Numbered from the stretch's first letter, positions 50,894 through 61,424 are shown. The stretch: DNA of 64,000 nt from an uncultured Verrucomicrobiae bacterium (GCA_963815455.1 CAWFGO010000002.1:652708-716707); one strand, 5' to 3'. The notes: generated from the letters alone by a model not told the origin. Translations and numbers: made by a program.

Positions 50894-52251
50894 TCGCGTT
50901 TGTGGCGACGCTGACCGCGTTGCTGATTATTTTTGCCGCCGGCTTTGGTTTTGTCAGTTTGTTGCCGCGCGATAACAGACGCGTGGCCACGACGGAGTTG
51001 ATTGTCCTGTCCTGGCTGCTCGGCGCGGCAACCGTCTCCCTTGCTCTCTGGCTGCTCGGAACTTTCCTGCACGGCATTTCACTGCAGATCGCGGTAACGA
51101 TCGTTTCGCTTGCGCTTGCTCTTTGCGGCATTGTGCGGCGGCCGAAAAACGAATTATCGATTCGAATTCCATGGCCCCGAGGCTTCCTTGAGTGGCTCCT
51201 CGCCATTGCGCTCGGCTTGGAAATCGCGCTCGTCGTTGTCGTCACATTCAAACACACGCTTGGCTGGGATGGGATTCTGGTCTGGGAGATGAAAGCGCGG
51301 TATGCCTATCTCAACGGCGGCGCGTTACCAGCCGCCTATTTTCACGATGCGACCCGCTCCTTTAGTCACCCCGAATATCCGTTGTTCCTCCCGATGCTGG
51401 AAATGTGGATTTATTTCTGGATCGGCGATTGCGATCAGTATTGGGTCAAACTGCTCTTTCCGGTTTTCTATGCCATCGGAATGCTGATTCTCGCGCAAGC
51501 CGGTGCGTGGTGGAGCGGGAAACGCTGGGTCGGTCTGCTCGCCGCCGATCTCTTCCTGTTCATCCCGGCGCTTACCGCCATGGCCGGCGGGATTGCCGGC
51601 GGTTACGCCGACGTGCCGCTGTCGATCATCTACCTGGCGGGGTTCTATTTCCTTGCCGTTTTTGTTCGTGAGAATTCCAAAACGGCGTTGTCGATCTTCA
51701 TCGCTCTGGCCGCGCTTCTTCCCTGGATGAAACGGGACGGCATTGTCCTCTGGTTCATCCTTTTCGTTATCGGGGCCGTGGTCATTGTGCGGCGCCGGGG
51801 AATCTTGCCCGCGTTAATGTCGATCCTGCCCGGGGTCTGCATGGTCGCGATCTGGAAAATCTATCTGCACGCGATGCACGCGTCTCCCGCTCACGATTTT
51901 CTTGCCGTCAATTTCAACACGCTCTGGCCGAACCTTGATCGGCTTGGACCGGTGTTGAGTTCATTGGCCGTTGAGACCACCGATATTTCGCTTTGGAACC
52001 TGCTTTGGTTCGGCCTGCCGATTGCACTCGTTCGCCTCGCCTTTCGCTATCGAACTCATCAAGCCGGGCTCTTTGCCATCTGCATTCTCGCGCCGGTGGG
52101 TCTTTATTGCTCGACCTACGTGTTCAGCGCATGGCCCGATTATCTGCATCACGTGCATTCCTCCCTGCCGCGTCTCCTCCTGCATGTTGCGCCGTTGTCG
52201 ATCCTGGCGATCACCCTGGCGCTAACTCCGAAACGGGAAACTCGAGAGTAA
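50890..52251 (+). CDS. Multi-pass GT-C-like membrane protein
   Basis: WDGILVWEMKAR, HPEYP, GYADVP, WMKRDG. Confidence 0.7.
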   Translation: MIAFVATLTALLIIFAAGFGFVSLLPRDNRRVATTELIVLSWLLGAATVSLALWLLGTFLHGISLQIAVTIVSLALALCGIVRRPKNELSIRIPWPRGFLEWLLAIALGLEIALVVVVTFKHTLGWDGILVWEMKARYAYLNGGALPAAYFHDATRSFSHPEYPLFLPMLEMWIYFWIGDCDQYWVKLLFPVFYAIGMLILAQAGAWWSGKRWVGLLAADLFLFIPALTAMAGGIAGGYADVPLSIIYLAGFYFLAVFVRENSKTALSIFIALAALLPWMKRDGIVLWFILFVIGAVVIVRRRGILPALMSILPGVCMVAIWKIYLHAMHASPAHDFLAVNFNTLWPNLDRLGPVLSSLAVETTDISLWNLLWFGLPIALVRLAFRYRTHQAGLFAICILAPVGLYCSTYVFSAWPDYLHHVHSSLPRLLLHVAPLSILAITLALTPKRETRE

Positions 52252-52261
52252 AGGCGATCCG

Positions 52262-55025
<2,764 letters not shown>

Positions 55026-55187
55026 AATCAATCCAGCGGAGAACCCAGGGGCGCGCGCCGGAACCGCCAAAGTAGTTCCCCCTATTGGTGTGTCAACGAA
55101 CCGTCTCCATCCGCCAACGTAGCACTGGCCTCCGGCCTGTGGGGCCGGCGGGCCCCCGCCTGCCGAGTAGCTCGATTCCTCCCGGAA

Positions 55188-55718
55188 ATGGAAAAACTGC
55201 TGGACCGGACGCGGTGGCAGCTACGTGCGAAACATTATTCCATTCGAACGGAGGAAGTCTACGTCGACTGGATTCGCCGCTTCATACTGTTTCACCGGAA
55301 ACGCCACCCAGACGAGATGGGTGAACGCGAGATCAGCAAGTACCGCAACGCCAATCGTTCCTGGGTATGGCAATATGTATTTCCGGCCGATAAATTGTCG
55401 ATCGACCCGCGTTCGGGAGAACTGCGTCGGCATCATGTGTTAGAAAAGAATCTGCAAAAAGCGGTCAAGATTGCCATCGAGCGAGCGGCCATCAAGAAGG
55501 CGGGCAGCTGCCATACCTTTCGGCATAGTTTTGCTACGCATTTACTGGAAAATGGCCAGGATATTCGTACTGTGCAGGCATTGCTCGGGCACAAAGACGT
55601 ATCCACCACCATGATATATACCCATGTCCTAAATAAACCCGGATTGGGTGTGAGAAGCCCCTTGGACTACGATGCCCCTCCTATTGAAATGAAACCCAAC
55701 CCCGCTCGAAATAGGTGA
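55188..55718 (+). pseudogene. intI: Integron integrase with large in-frame internal deletion
   Basis: N-terminal [27 protein letters not shown] is joined directly to the IntI-specific [15 protein letters not shown]...DPRSG.LRRHH, then [16 protein letters not shown] and TTMIYTHV. Only 176 aa; box I is missing. Confidence 0.92.
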
Positions 55719-55746
55719 ACAATTGTTCCTCTACTTCTCGTTAGGC
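55717..55746 (+). other. Probable attI site
   Basis: Core GTTAGGC at 55740-55746 just before the first cassette ORF, with no upstream attC arm; palindrome GAACAATTGTTC at 55717-55728. Confidence 0.6.
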
Positions 55747-55748
55747 CC

Positions 55749-56066
55749 ATGCGCCGCGCGTTTACAATCGCCCTACTCTGCGCACTAGCAACTGGATGTG
55801 CGGAGCTTCCGTCTCGGGAAGATCGAGCTGTCTCTCAGCTTGACCGTGTCATCATCGCATGGATGCGCGCCAATTCAGTTCGTCCATTTCCAGTGCAGCA
55901 AGAACGTATCGTGGCTTTCGCAGCGGCTTGCCATATGTCCCTCGATTTATCACCATTTAGTCGGCTGGACTGGCAGACCGGAGCGACTTATTTGATCATC
56001 ACATGGCACGTCTCCACTCCAGCTTACCGTGAAGGCACGCTCACATACAGCACCGGGACTATTTGA
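55749..56066 (+). CDS. Cassette 1: putative lipoprotein
   Basis: Lipobox-like LATGC after a hydrophobic signal; bounded by a core site and attC1. Confidence 0.75.
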   Translation: MRRAFTIALLCALATGCAELPSREDRAVSQLDRVIIAWMRANSVRPFPVQQERIVAFAAACHMSLDLSPFSRLDWQTGATYLIITWHVSTPAYREGTLTYSTGTI

Positions 56067-56075
56067 TTCGACCCG

Positions 56076-56198
56076 GTCTAACCAATCGCTCGAGCGAACC
56101 GCCACCCGTCGCGCGCCCGCATTTCAGATGATTAAGCCACTTCCACTTCGAGCACCGCTCGCCCTCACTGGCGGTCGCTCAGCTCTGTCTCGTTAGAT
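56076..56198 (+). other. attC site 1 (123 bp)
   Basis: GTCTAAC...GTTAGAT; arms GCT[C]GAGCG[A]ACCGCCA / TGGCGGTCGCTCAGC with two extrahelical bases. Confidence 0.93.
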
Positions 56199-56200
56199 CT

Positions 56201-56551
56201 ATGAAGCGTCACGTCGCTGTCATCATGCTCTTCGCCGCGGCTTATTTGCATGCTGAGCTACCGCCAGAGATGCAAGGCGCAGAAGCAGTTCGTCTGAACT
56301 TGCTTTTACGTCATCCGCCGCCGGAATTTCCATATGAGGTGCGCCGGACGCTTAAGACCTATAGCGGGGTCTTTCTGCTACGGTTTGATTACGAAAGCGG
56401 CCAGCCACGACAGATTCACATTGCCAAGAGCAGCGGCAATGAGACTTTCGACGCTTCCGTCGTTGCAGCATTGAAGCAGTGGCAGGCAAAGCCTCGTTCA
56501 CTGAAGGTTATCCGGGTTCCAATTACCTTTACCCATAGTGCGCCACGGTAG
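56201..56551 (+). CDS. Cassette 2: exported TonB C-terminal domain protein
   Basis: Signal peptide; PPPEFPYE, SSGNETFDASVVAALKQWQAKP, VPITF. Confidence 0.8.
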   Translation: MKRHVAVIMLFAAAYLHAELPPEMQGAEAVRLNLLLRHPPPEFPYEVRRTLKTYSGVFLLRFDYESGQPRQIHIAKSSGNETFDASVVAALKQWQAKPRSLKVIRVPITFTHSAPR

Positions 56552-56674
56552 ATCTAACCAATCGCTGCAGCCGACGGCTACCCGCTGCGCGTTCACATTT
56601 TTTATGACTAAAACAGTTCCAGAGATTCTCACCCTCGCTTCCGGTAGCCGCGGCTGAGCTTTGTCTCGTTAGGT
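56552..56674 (+). other. attC site 2 (123 bp)
   Basis: ATCTAAC...GTTAGGT; inverse core complementary to the cassette's own core GTTAGAT. Confidence 0.93.
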
Positions 56675-56679
56675 GCTTC

Positions 56680-57543
56680 ATGCGACGCTTGCTCACCATC
56701 GTGATCCTCCTTGCAACCGTTTGTGTCGGTGCGGGGGCATCGGCACCGCACCAGAAAGCGCACGTACTGGATGCCACCGCCTCGCATCCGGTGCGGCTCT
56801 CGTATCTTCTGTTCGTTCCCGACAGCTACGCGAGCACGCCGGATACACGTTGGCCCCTCATTCTTTACTTGCATGGCGGCTCACTGCGCGGCGCCGATGC
56901 AGAGCGCTTACGCACGCTAGGACTTCCCCACATCCTGGAGGACAAGCCGGATTTTCCCTTCATCGTTGTTTCCCCGCTATGTCCCGCGGGCGAGATTTGG
57001 ACGGATGCGGACGCTATCGGCGCGTTGATGGATCGCGTGCTTCACGATTACCGCATCGACGTGAGTCGTGTGTACATCACCGGCCACAGCATGGGCGGTC
57101 GCGGCGCACTCTATTTCGCTTATCGGTTGCCCTCGCGGTTTGCCGCCGTCCTCGCGCTGAGTCCCTATTCTCCGATTACCGCTTGGGGCGGCGAGCTCGC
57201 CCAGACTCCTCTTTGGCTTTTTCATGGCACAGCAGATACGCTCGCACCCATCGCAGATACGAGGGAGATAGTTCAGGCCGTCGAGTCTGCGGGCGGGCAT
57301 CCCAAGTTCAGCATTCTGGAGGGACGCGATCATTTCATTTTGGACGTTTATGATCAGCCGGATATTTACGATTGGCTTTTACGGCAGAAGCGACGTATCC
57401 GGTCCCTCAGCAGCCACCCCGCACCTAACCATGCGATGGAGCGAACGGCGGACCGCTCCGCGTCTACATTTGAGATGACTTCCACACTTCCACTCCGGGC
57501 GAAGCGCGCCCTCGTCCGCCGTCGCTCATCTTGTTCTCGTTAG
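56680..57543 (+). CDS. Cassette 3: exported alpha/beta hydrolase (predicted peptidase/carboxylesterase); ORF reads through attC3
   Basis: LYLHGG, TGHSMGG, FHGTAD, GRDH catalytic triad motifs. Confidence 0.88.
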   Translation: MRRLLTIVILLATVCVGAGASAPHQKAHVLDATASHPVRLSYLLFVPDSYASTPDTRWPLILYLHGGSLRGADAERLRTLGLPHILEDKPDFPFIVVSPLCPAGEIWTDADAIGALMDRVLHDYRIDVSRVYITGHSMGGRGALYFAYRLPSRFAAVLALSPYSPITAWGGELAQTPLWLFHGTADTLAPIADTREIVQAVESAGGHPKFSILEGRDHFILDVYDQPDIYDWLLRQKRRIRSLSSHPAPNHAMERTADRSASTFEMTSTLPLRAKRALVRRRSSCSR

Positions 57544-57545
57544 GT
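57423..57545 (+). other. attC site 3 (123 bp)
   Basis: ACCTAAC...GTTAGGT; very similar to attC4. Confidence 0.93.
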
Positions 57546-57557
57546 GCAGCTCGCGTT

Positions 57558-57995
57558 ATGGTCTTTGATCGTCTCTCTCAGCCGATTCCCCGCGCAGACC
57601 GTCATCGACTTTACCTCTACAGGATTGCCGCTCTATCTCCCAACGCGCGTTTCATGGACTACCTGCTCAACTTCATCGAAGAGCGCTTCGAGCTCCTGCC
57701 ACGCGAGTCTCCTTCGAGGCAGATTTGCTTTCGCCCGCAGTTCACTGCGTTCGTATCTGCAAACAAGACAAAAGGCGGGCTTCACGTTTCACTATTCGGC
57801 GAGGAGTTTCTTACTGGTACGGTTCAGCGCGCCAAGTTTCCCAACTGGCGAAAGTTCGTTGTTTCGCATTCGGACGATCTCTTTACCGCACGTTGCCTCA
57901 TAGAGGAGGCATATCAGCATCGTGTGTCTGCGGACGCCGAGGGCAAGTGGACGTTCCAGGAAGAGCTTGCTCGACTCGCCGAGTTCCATGTGTAA
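57558..57995 (+). CDS. Cassette 4: hypothetical protein
   Basis: 145-aa ORF filling the space between the core site and attC4; no family I can assign firmly. Confidence 0.65.
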   Translation: MVFDRLSQPIPRADRHRLYLYRIAALSPNARFMDYLLNFIEERFELLPRESPSRQICFRPQFTAFVSANKTKGGLHVSLFGEEFLTGTVQRAKFPNWRKFVVSHSDDLFTARCLIEEAYQHRVSADAEGKWTFQEELARLAEFHV

Positions 57996-58004
57996 AACCG
58001 CCAC

Positions 58005-58128
58005 ACCTAACCATGCGATGGAGCGAACGGCGGACCGCTGTGCGATCTGCTTCTGAGATGACTCCCACACTTTCACTCCGAGCGACGCGCGCCCTCGTCC
58101 GCCGTCGCTCATCTTGTTCTCGTTAGAT
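58005..58128 (+). other. attC site 4 (124 bp)
   Basis: ACCTAAC...GTTAGAT with paired arms. Confidence 0.93.
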
Positions 58129-58304
58129 CCAAACAGAGCGGATCACGATCAGCGCGCATCAGTTCTTTTTCGCATCGCCCGTTTGCCTCTCTCGTGATAC
58201 ATTTGGTTTCTCCTCGATTTTCAGACCAGCCCGATGAGTGTCTTGAACTTCCCCGCACACTTCGAAGCCAGATCGAACCGCTGTCGCGACATGGAACGGT
58301 TTCG
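58129..58304. other. Cassette 5: short cassette without a long ORF
   Basis: 176 bp between matching GTTAGATC and GATCTAAC. Confidence 0.8.
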
Positions 58305-58325
58305 ATCTAACCAATCGCTGGAGCT
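58305..58325 (+). other. attC site 5, left part (split by IS)
   Basis: ATCTAACCAATCGCTGGAGCT aligns with the starts of attC1 and attC2. Confidence 0.9.
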
Positions 58326-58336
58326 CCTATGAGGGT

Positions 58337-58342
58337 TGTCAA
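58337..58342 (-). promoter_or_regulatory. Outward-facing -35 box (TTGACA) for a circle-junction promoter
   Basis: Perfect TTGACA on the minus strand, 11 bp inside the IS end. Confidence 0.65.
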
Positions 58343-58395
58343 CCGTGGAACGGGTATTGTTTGTTTTTCTTTAGTTTTTTCCTTTCCCGGTTTTT

Positions 58396-58661
58396 CCAGC
58401 CTTTAGTGGTTTGATCCGCAGGGTGCAGCTTCCCTCTGTCGTGTTGTCTCGCCGGGGCGAGTCACCAGCTCCTATTCGAGCATCGCTTTTGTTGTGCGAG
58501 CCCATGATGTCGTGCCTGACTTTGGGAAGCCGCTTTGGGCGGAACGCGCCCCATCTAAGCGATGATCCCTTGGTTTCAAAGGACCAGCTCCAGCGCCGAG
58601 CAGCGTTCCACCCTGCAGCCAAATCAAACTTTGCTTGGAAGTTCCGTTTCGTAAAAGCTGA
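58396..58661 (-). ncRNA. Predicted bridge/seek RNA of the IS110-family element
   Basis: Two internal-loop hairpins (58537-58613, 58460-58521) whose loop strands match the target and donor junction sequences; enclosing long-range stems. Ends are approximate. Confidence 0.85.
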
Positions 58662-58677
58662 GGGTTAAATCTGTTTG

Positions 58678-59799
58678 TTAGGGTTTCACCTGGGATGTAG
58701 ACAGGCTCCAGCCCAGTTCGGCGGCACTGGCCCGGCCGGTTCGCCAGCGCCAGATGTCTATGGCGAGTTGCCGGGCCAGGGCCACTGCGATTTTCTTTTT
58801 CAGCGAGGCGCCGTGCCTTAATTTCTCCAGATATTTCTGACGAGCATGCCAATTAGGCTGCCAGCGAAGAAGTCGCCAGACCGCCTCGACCAGGAGCGTG
58901 CGCAAATGTTTGTTGCCGTGCCGGTCGATGCTTCCAAAACGCTGGATCCCGGCCGAACTGTATTCGCTAGGACAACACCCAGTGTAACTGCCCACGGCTT
59001 TGCGATGCTTGAAGCGTTGCCAATCGCACACCTCCCCGTCGATCAGCGATACCGTTAGCGCACCCAATCCCGTCGGGATTTTTTCTTCCCTCACCAGCGC
59101 TTCAATCTCCTGGGTCAACCGATCCAATTGCGCTTTGGCCGCTCGGATCTGTTCCATGACCGGTTCAAGCTGCCCGCGCACAAACTCGCTGCACTGCGGC
59201 CCGATTCGTTTCCACTTCCGCGGTCCGCCCCACCCAGCCTCCAGCGTCTCATGCTCGTGCTCGATCCGCAGCGCTCGCCCGTGATTCTCCAGCCGCCGCA
59301 CTTGGCGTTTCCAAAACTCCCGCTGCCGCCCCAGCTCCCGCCGTTGTTGCTCCCCCCGGCTCGGGATTCGGATTGGTCTTAATTCCTCTCTCTGCCCATC
59401 CAGGTAACGGCTCAATCGCACACACAACTCGCGCGCATCCATCCGGTCGTTCTTCCGCCGCCGCTCCAAATTTAATCGCATCGGGGTCGTCCCGACGCTC
59501 TTTGCTCCCGCTTGAGTTAATTGCTCGTGCAGCGTATAACCAAATCCGCAGCATTCCCACACCGCGTAGACCACATCGCCTACACCCACTTTTTGCTTCA
59601 CCCACTCGAGCAACTGCTCGCGAGTATACTTCCGCGCCGGCCCAATCGTTCCCCGCCCACACTGGATCGCCACCACCATAAAACGCAGGTCCACGTCCAG
59701 CCCAAGCTTCCACACCCGCCTCACTGCCCCATTGCCAGGGGCGCTTGAATTGTTAAACTTCTCTCCGCCATGAAGGGTTGTTGTTGTTTTGTTTTTCAT
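58678..59799 (-). CDS. IS110-family DEDD recombinase/transposase
   Basis: LGLDV, VWECCG, KNDRMDA (DEDD RuvC-like); GCCPSEYSSAG, GNKHLRTLLVEA, VALARQLA. Confidence 0.93.
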   Translation of the reverse strand: MKNKTTTTLHGGEKFNNSSAPGNGAVRRVWKLGLDVDLRFMVVAIQCGRGTIGPARKYTREQLLEWVKQKVGVGDVVYAVWECCGFGYTLHEQLTQAGAKSVGTTPMRLNLERRRKNDRMDARELCVRLSRYLDGQREELRPIRIPSRGEQQRRELGRQREFWKRQVRRLENHGRALRIEHEHETLEAGWGGPRKWKRIGPQCSEFVRGQLEPVMEQIRAAKAQLDRLTQEIEALVREEKIPTGLGALTVSLIDGEVCDWQRFKHRKAVGSYTGCCPSEYSSAGIQRFGSIDRHGNKHLRTLLVEAVWRLLRWQPNWHARQKYLEKLRHGASLKKKIAVALARQLAIDIWRWRTGRASAAELGWSLSTSQVKP

Positions 59800-59847
59800 A
59801 CAACGCGTGTGCCCGTTTTGCCCACGCTTTTCAACCCTTCATGGCAT

Positions 59848-59953
59848 CTAACCGCCACCCGCCGTACGCTCCGCGCGACAACATGACTACTGACCACCGA
59901 CTACGGACCACGCTCGCTCTCGGTGGCGGTGGCTCAGCTCCTTCTCGTTAGAT
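59848..59953 (+). other. attC site 5, right part
   Basis: CTAACCGCCACCCG...GGTGGCGGTGGCTCAGCTCCTTCTCGTTAGAT aligns with attC1. Confidence 0.9.
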
Positions 59954-60416
59954 ATTGAACCCCGCGGACTCGGGTAAACGCCCGTTTGTGGGAGGTCAGC
60001 CAACGTCCTTACCGTGCCGCTTTGGTTCGGCCCAAATAGAAGGCGATCGAAGCTGGGATCCCAATGAATACGACAAGAAAACCGATTACGAGCATATGTT
60101 CACATTTAGCACCAATCGTGCCTTTGTTACAACTGTGTTACAGTTGTGTGACGATCATGTAAACAAAAATCGTCGATTAAGTGAAGATTTTTCGGCCGCG
60201 TCCGAAAACGGCTGGCCCAGCCATCCGATAACGGATTCAACCCAACAACCTAGCCAACAAGGTAAGAGGAAACACGGGGCCAGCTCCGAAAGTGTTCGCC
60301 CCGCCACGATGGTATCCCCGCGTGAATAAAGTTCGTCACCGCGAGGACGCGCTCACCAGACACGCCAAACGCCCGAACCGGCGGGCAGGCGGTGCGCTAC
60401 CCTGAACTACGGCAGC

Positions 60417-61424
60417 TTAGCGGCTGCCGGTTCGCGCGCCGGGCGTCGGGCTGGGCCGGGATTTTGTTTTCGTGCTTTTGCGTACGGTGATGGTGGCTTC
60501 GCCGGCCGCTTGTTCTTCAGAAGATTTCTTGCTGCCGCGCCAGATCAGACGCCACGGCTCCGCTTTTATGGTCTCGCTGAATTCCTTGATGTTCGCGCCG
60601 ACCGGTTCGAGATCGCGCATCGTAATTTTTAATTTTTCCGACGAGTCCCGGAAGTTATCGAGCGTCACGGCGAGATTATTGTTGGCCGAGAGGTCGTTGC
60701 TGATTTTTTCTATGTTCCTGAGCGAGACCGAAAGCGGGCTGTCCGGCGCGGAAAGATCGACAAGGTGCTCGCCGAACTTCTTGAACTGAACCAGGGCAAG
60801 GTTGAGCTCGGAATTCTGCTCGGTGATACGGCTGAGATTTTGCGCCGTGGTCTCCAGCTCTTTCATGGTGGAGGTCGCTTCGGCCGCGACCGGCTTGATG
60901 ATTTCGAGCATCTTGGACGCCGCTTCGCTAAAATCCGGGGTGCGTTCGCCGGCGAAAATCTCGCCGTCGTGGGCCTGCCCTGACGCCTCGGTGCCCTGGG
61001 TGAAGTCGATCGCCATTTCGCCGAGCAAGCCGAGCTGCATCAGGCGCGCGTAGGCATCGCGATAAACGATCCCGCTCTTGTCCACCTGGACGTCGATGCG
61101 TGCTTCATATTTCGGTTTGCCATCGGGCCGCGCCGGCGTCGCGCCTGGCTCCGGTTTACGATAAACAGCGGCGGCTTCCTGCGCCCGCTGCTCTTCTTCA
61201 CGCGACACGGGCGAGAACAATTTTGAAACCTGGCCGATCTTTCGTCCGGCCAGCATGACCGGCGCCCCCAGTTTAATTCCGGCGGCGTTATCGACGTAAA
61301 TTCGATAGGTCACCAGCGGGCGGAAAAGCCCGGGCGCGCCGAGAAGGATGAGCACAAACGCGAGCGCGGCCACGGTGCCGACCACGAGCAGTCCGGTCAT
61401 TATTTCATTTCGTCGTAATTGCAT
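60417..61424 (-). CDS. mlaD: MCE/MlaD family protein
   Basis: N-terminal TM, NAAGIKLGAPVMLAGRKIGQV, GLLGE. Confidence 0.88.
   Translation of the reverse strand: MQLRRNEIMTGLLVVGTVAALAFVLILLGAPGLFRPLVTYRIYVDNAAGIKLGAPVMLAGRKIGQVSKLFSPVSREEEQRAQEAAAVYRKPEPGATPARPDGKPKYEARIDVQVDKSGIVYRDAYARLMQLGLLGEMAIDFTQGTEASGQAHDGEIFAGERTPDFSEAASKMLEIIKPVAAEATSTMKELETTAQNLSRITEQNSELNLALVQFKKFGEHLVDLSAPDSPLSVSLRNIEKISNDLSANNNLAVTLDNFRDSSEKLKITMRDLEPVGANIKEFSETIKAEPWRLIWRGSKKSSEEQAAGEATITVRKSTKTKSRPSPTPGARTGSR

Larger units (their letters stand above)
58326..59849 (-). mobile_element. IS110-family insertion sequence, IS1111-type, inserted in attC5
   Basis: CT at both junctions (58324-25, 59848-49). Imperfect subterminal inverted repeats at 58329-58348 and 59822-59842. 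Long non-coding region 3' of the transposase. Removing the element restores a 125-bp attC. Confidence 0.95.

Noticed and set aside
55119..55165. GC-rich REP-like hairpins upstream of intI (similar at about 26823-26876)
   Set aside because: Too degenerate to define boundaries or a family from this window.
57558..57995. DUF5655-like assignment for cassette 4
   Set aside because: The resemblance is limited to a C-terminal DDL...LIEEAY pattern; a profile search is needed.
58371..58852. ORFs of 83-126 aa in the IS non-coding region
   Set aside because: No recognisable protein features; the region is better explained as structured RNA.
56076..59953. Recurrent ~123-bp repeats as a CRISPR array
   Set aside because: They have RYYTAAC/GTTAGRY ends and separate gene-sized units next to intI, so they are attC sites; no cas genes are present.
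59955..60329. 124-aa TTG ORF as a sixth cassette gene
   Set aside because: No following attC, no RBS and no recognisable family.
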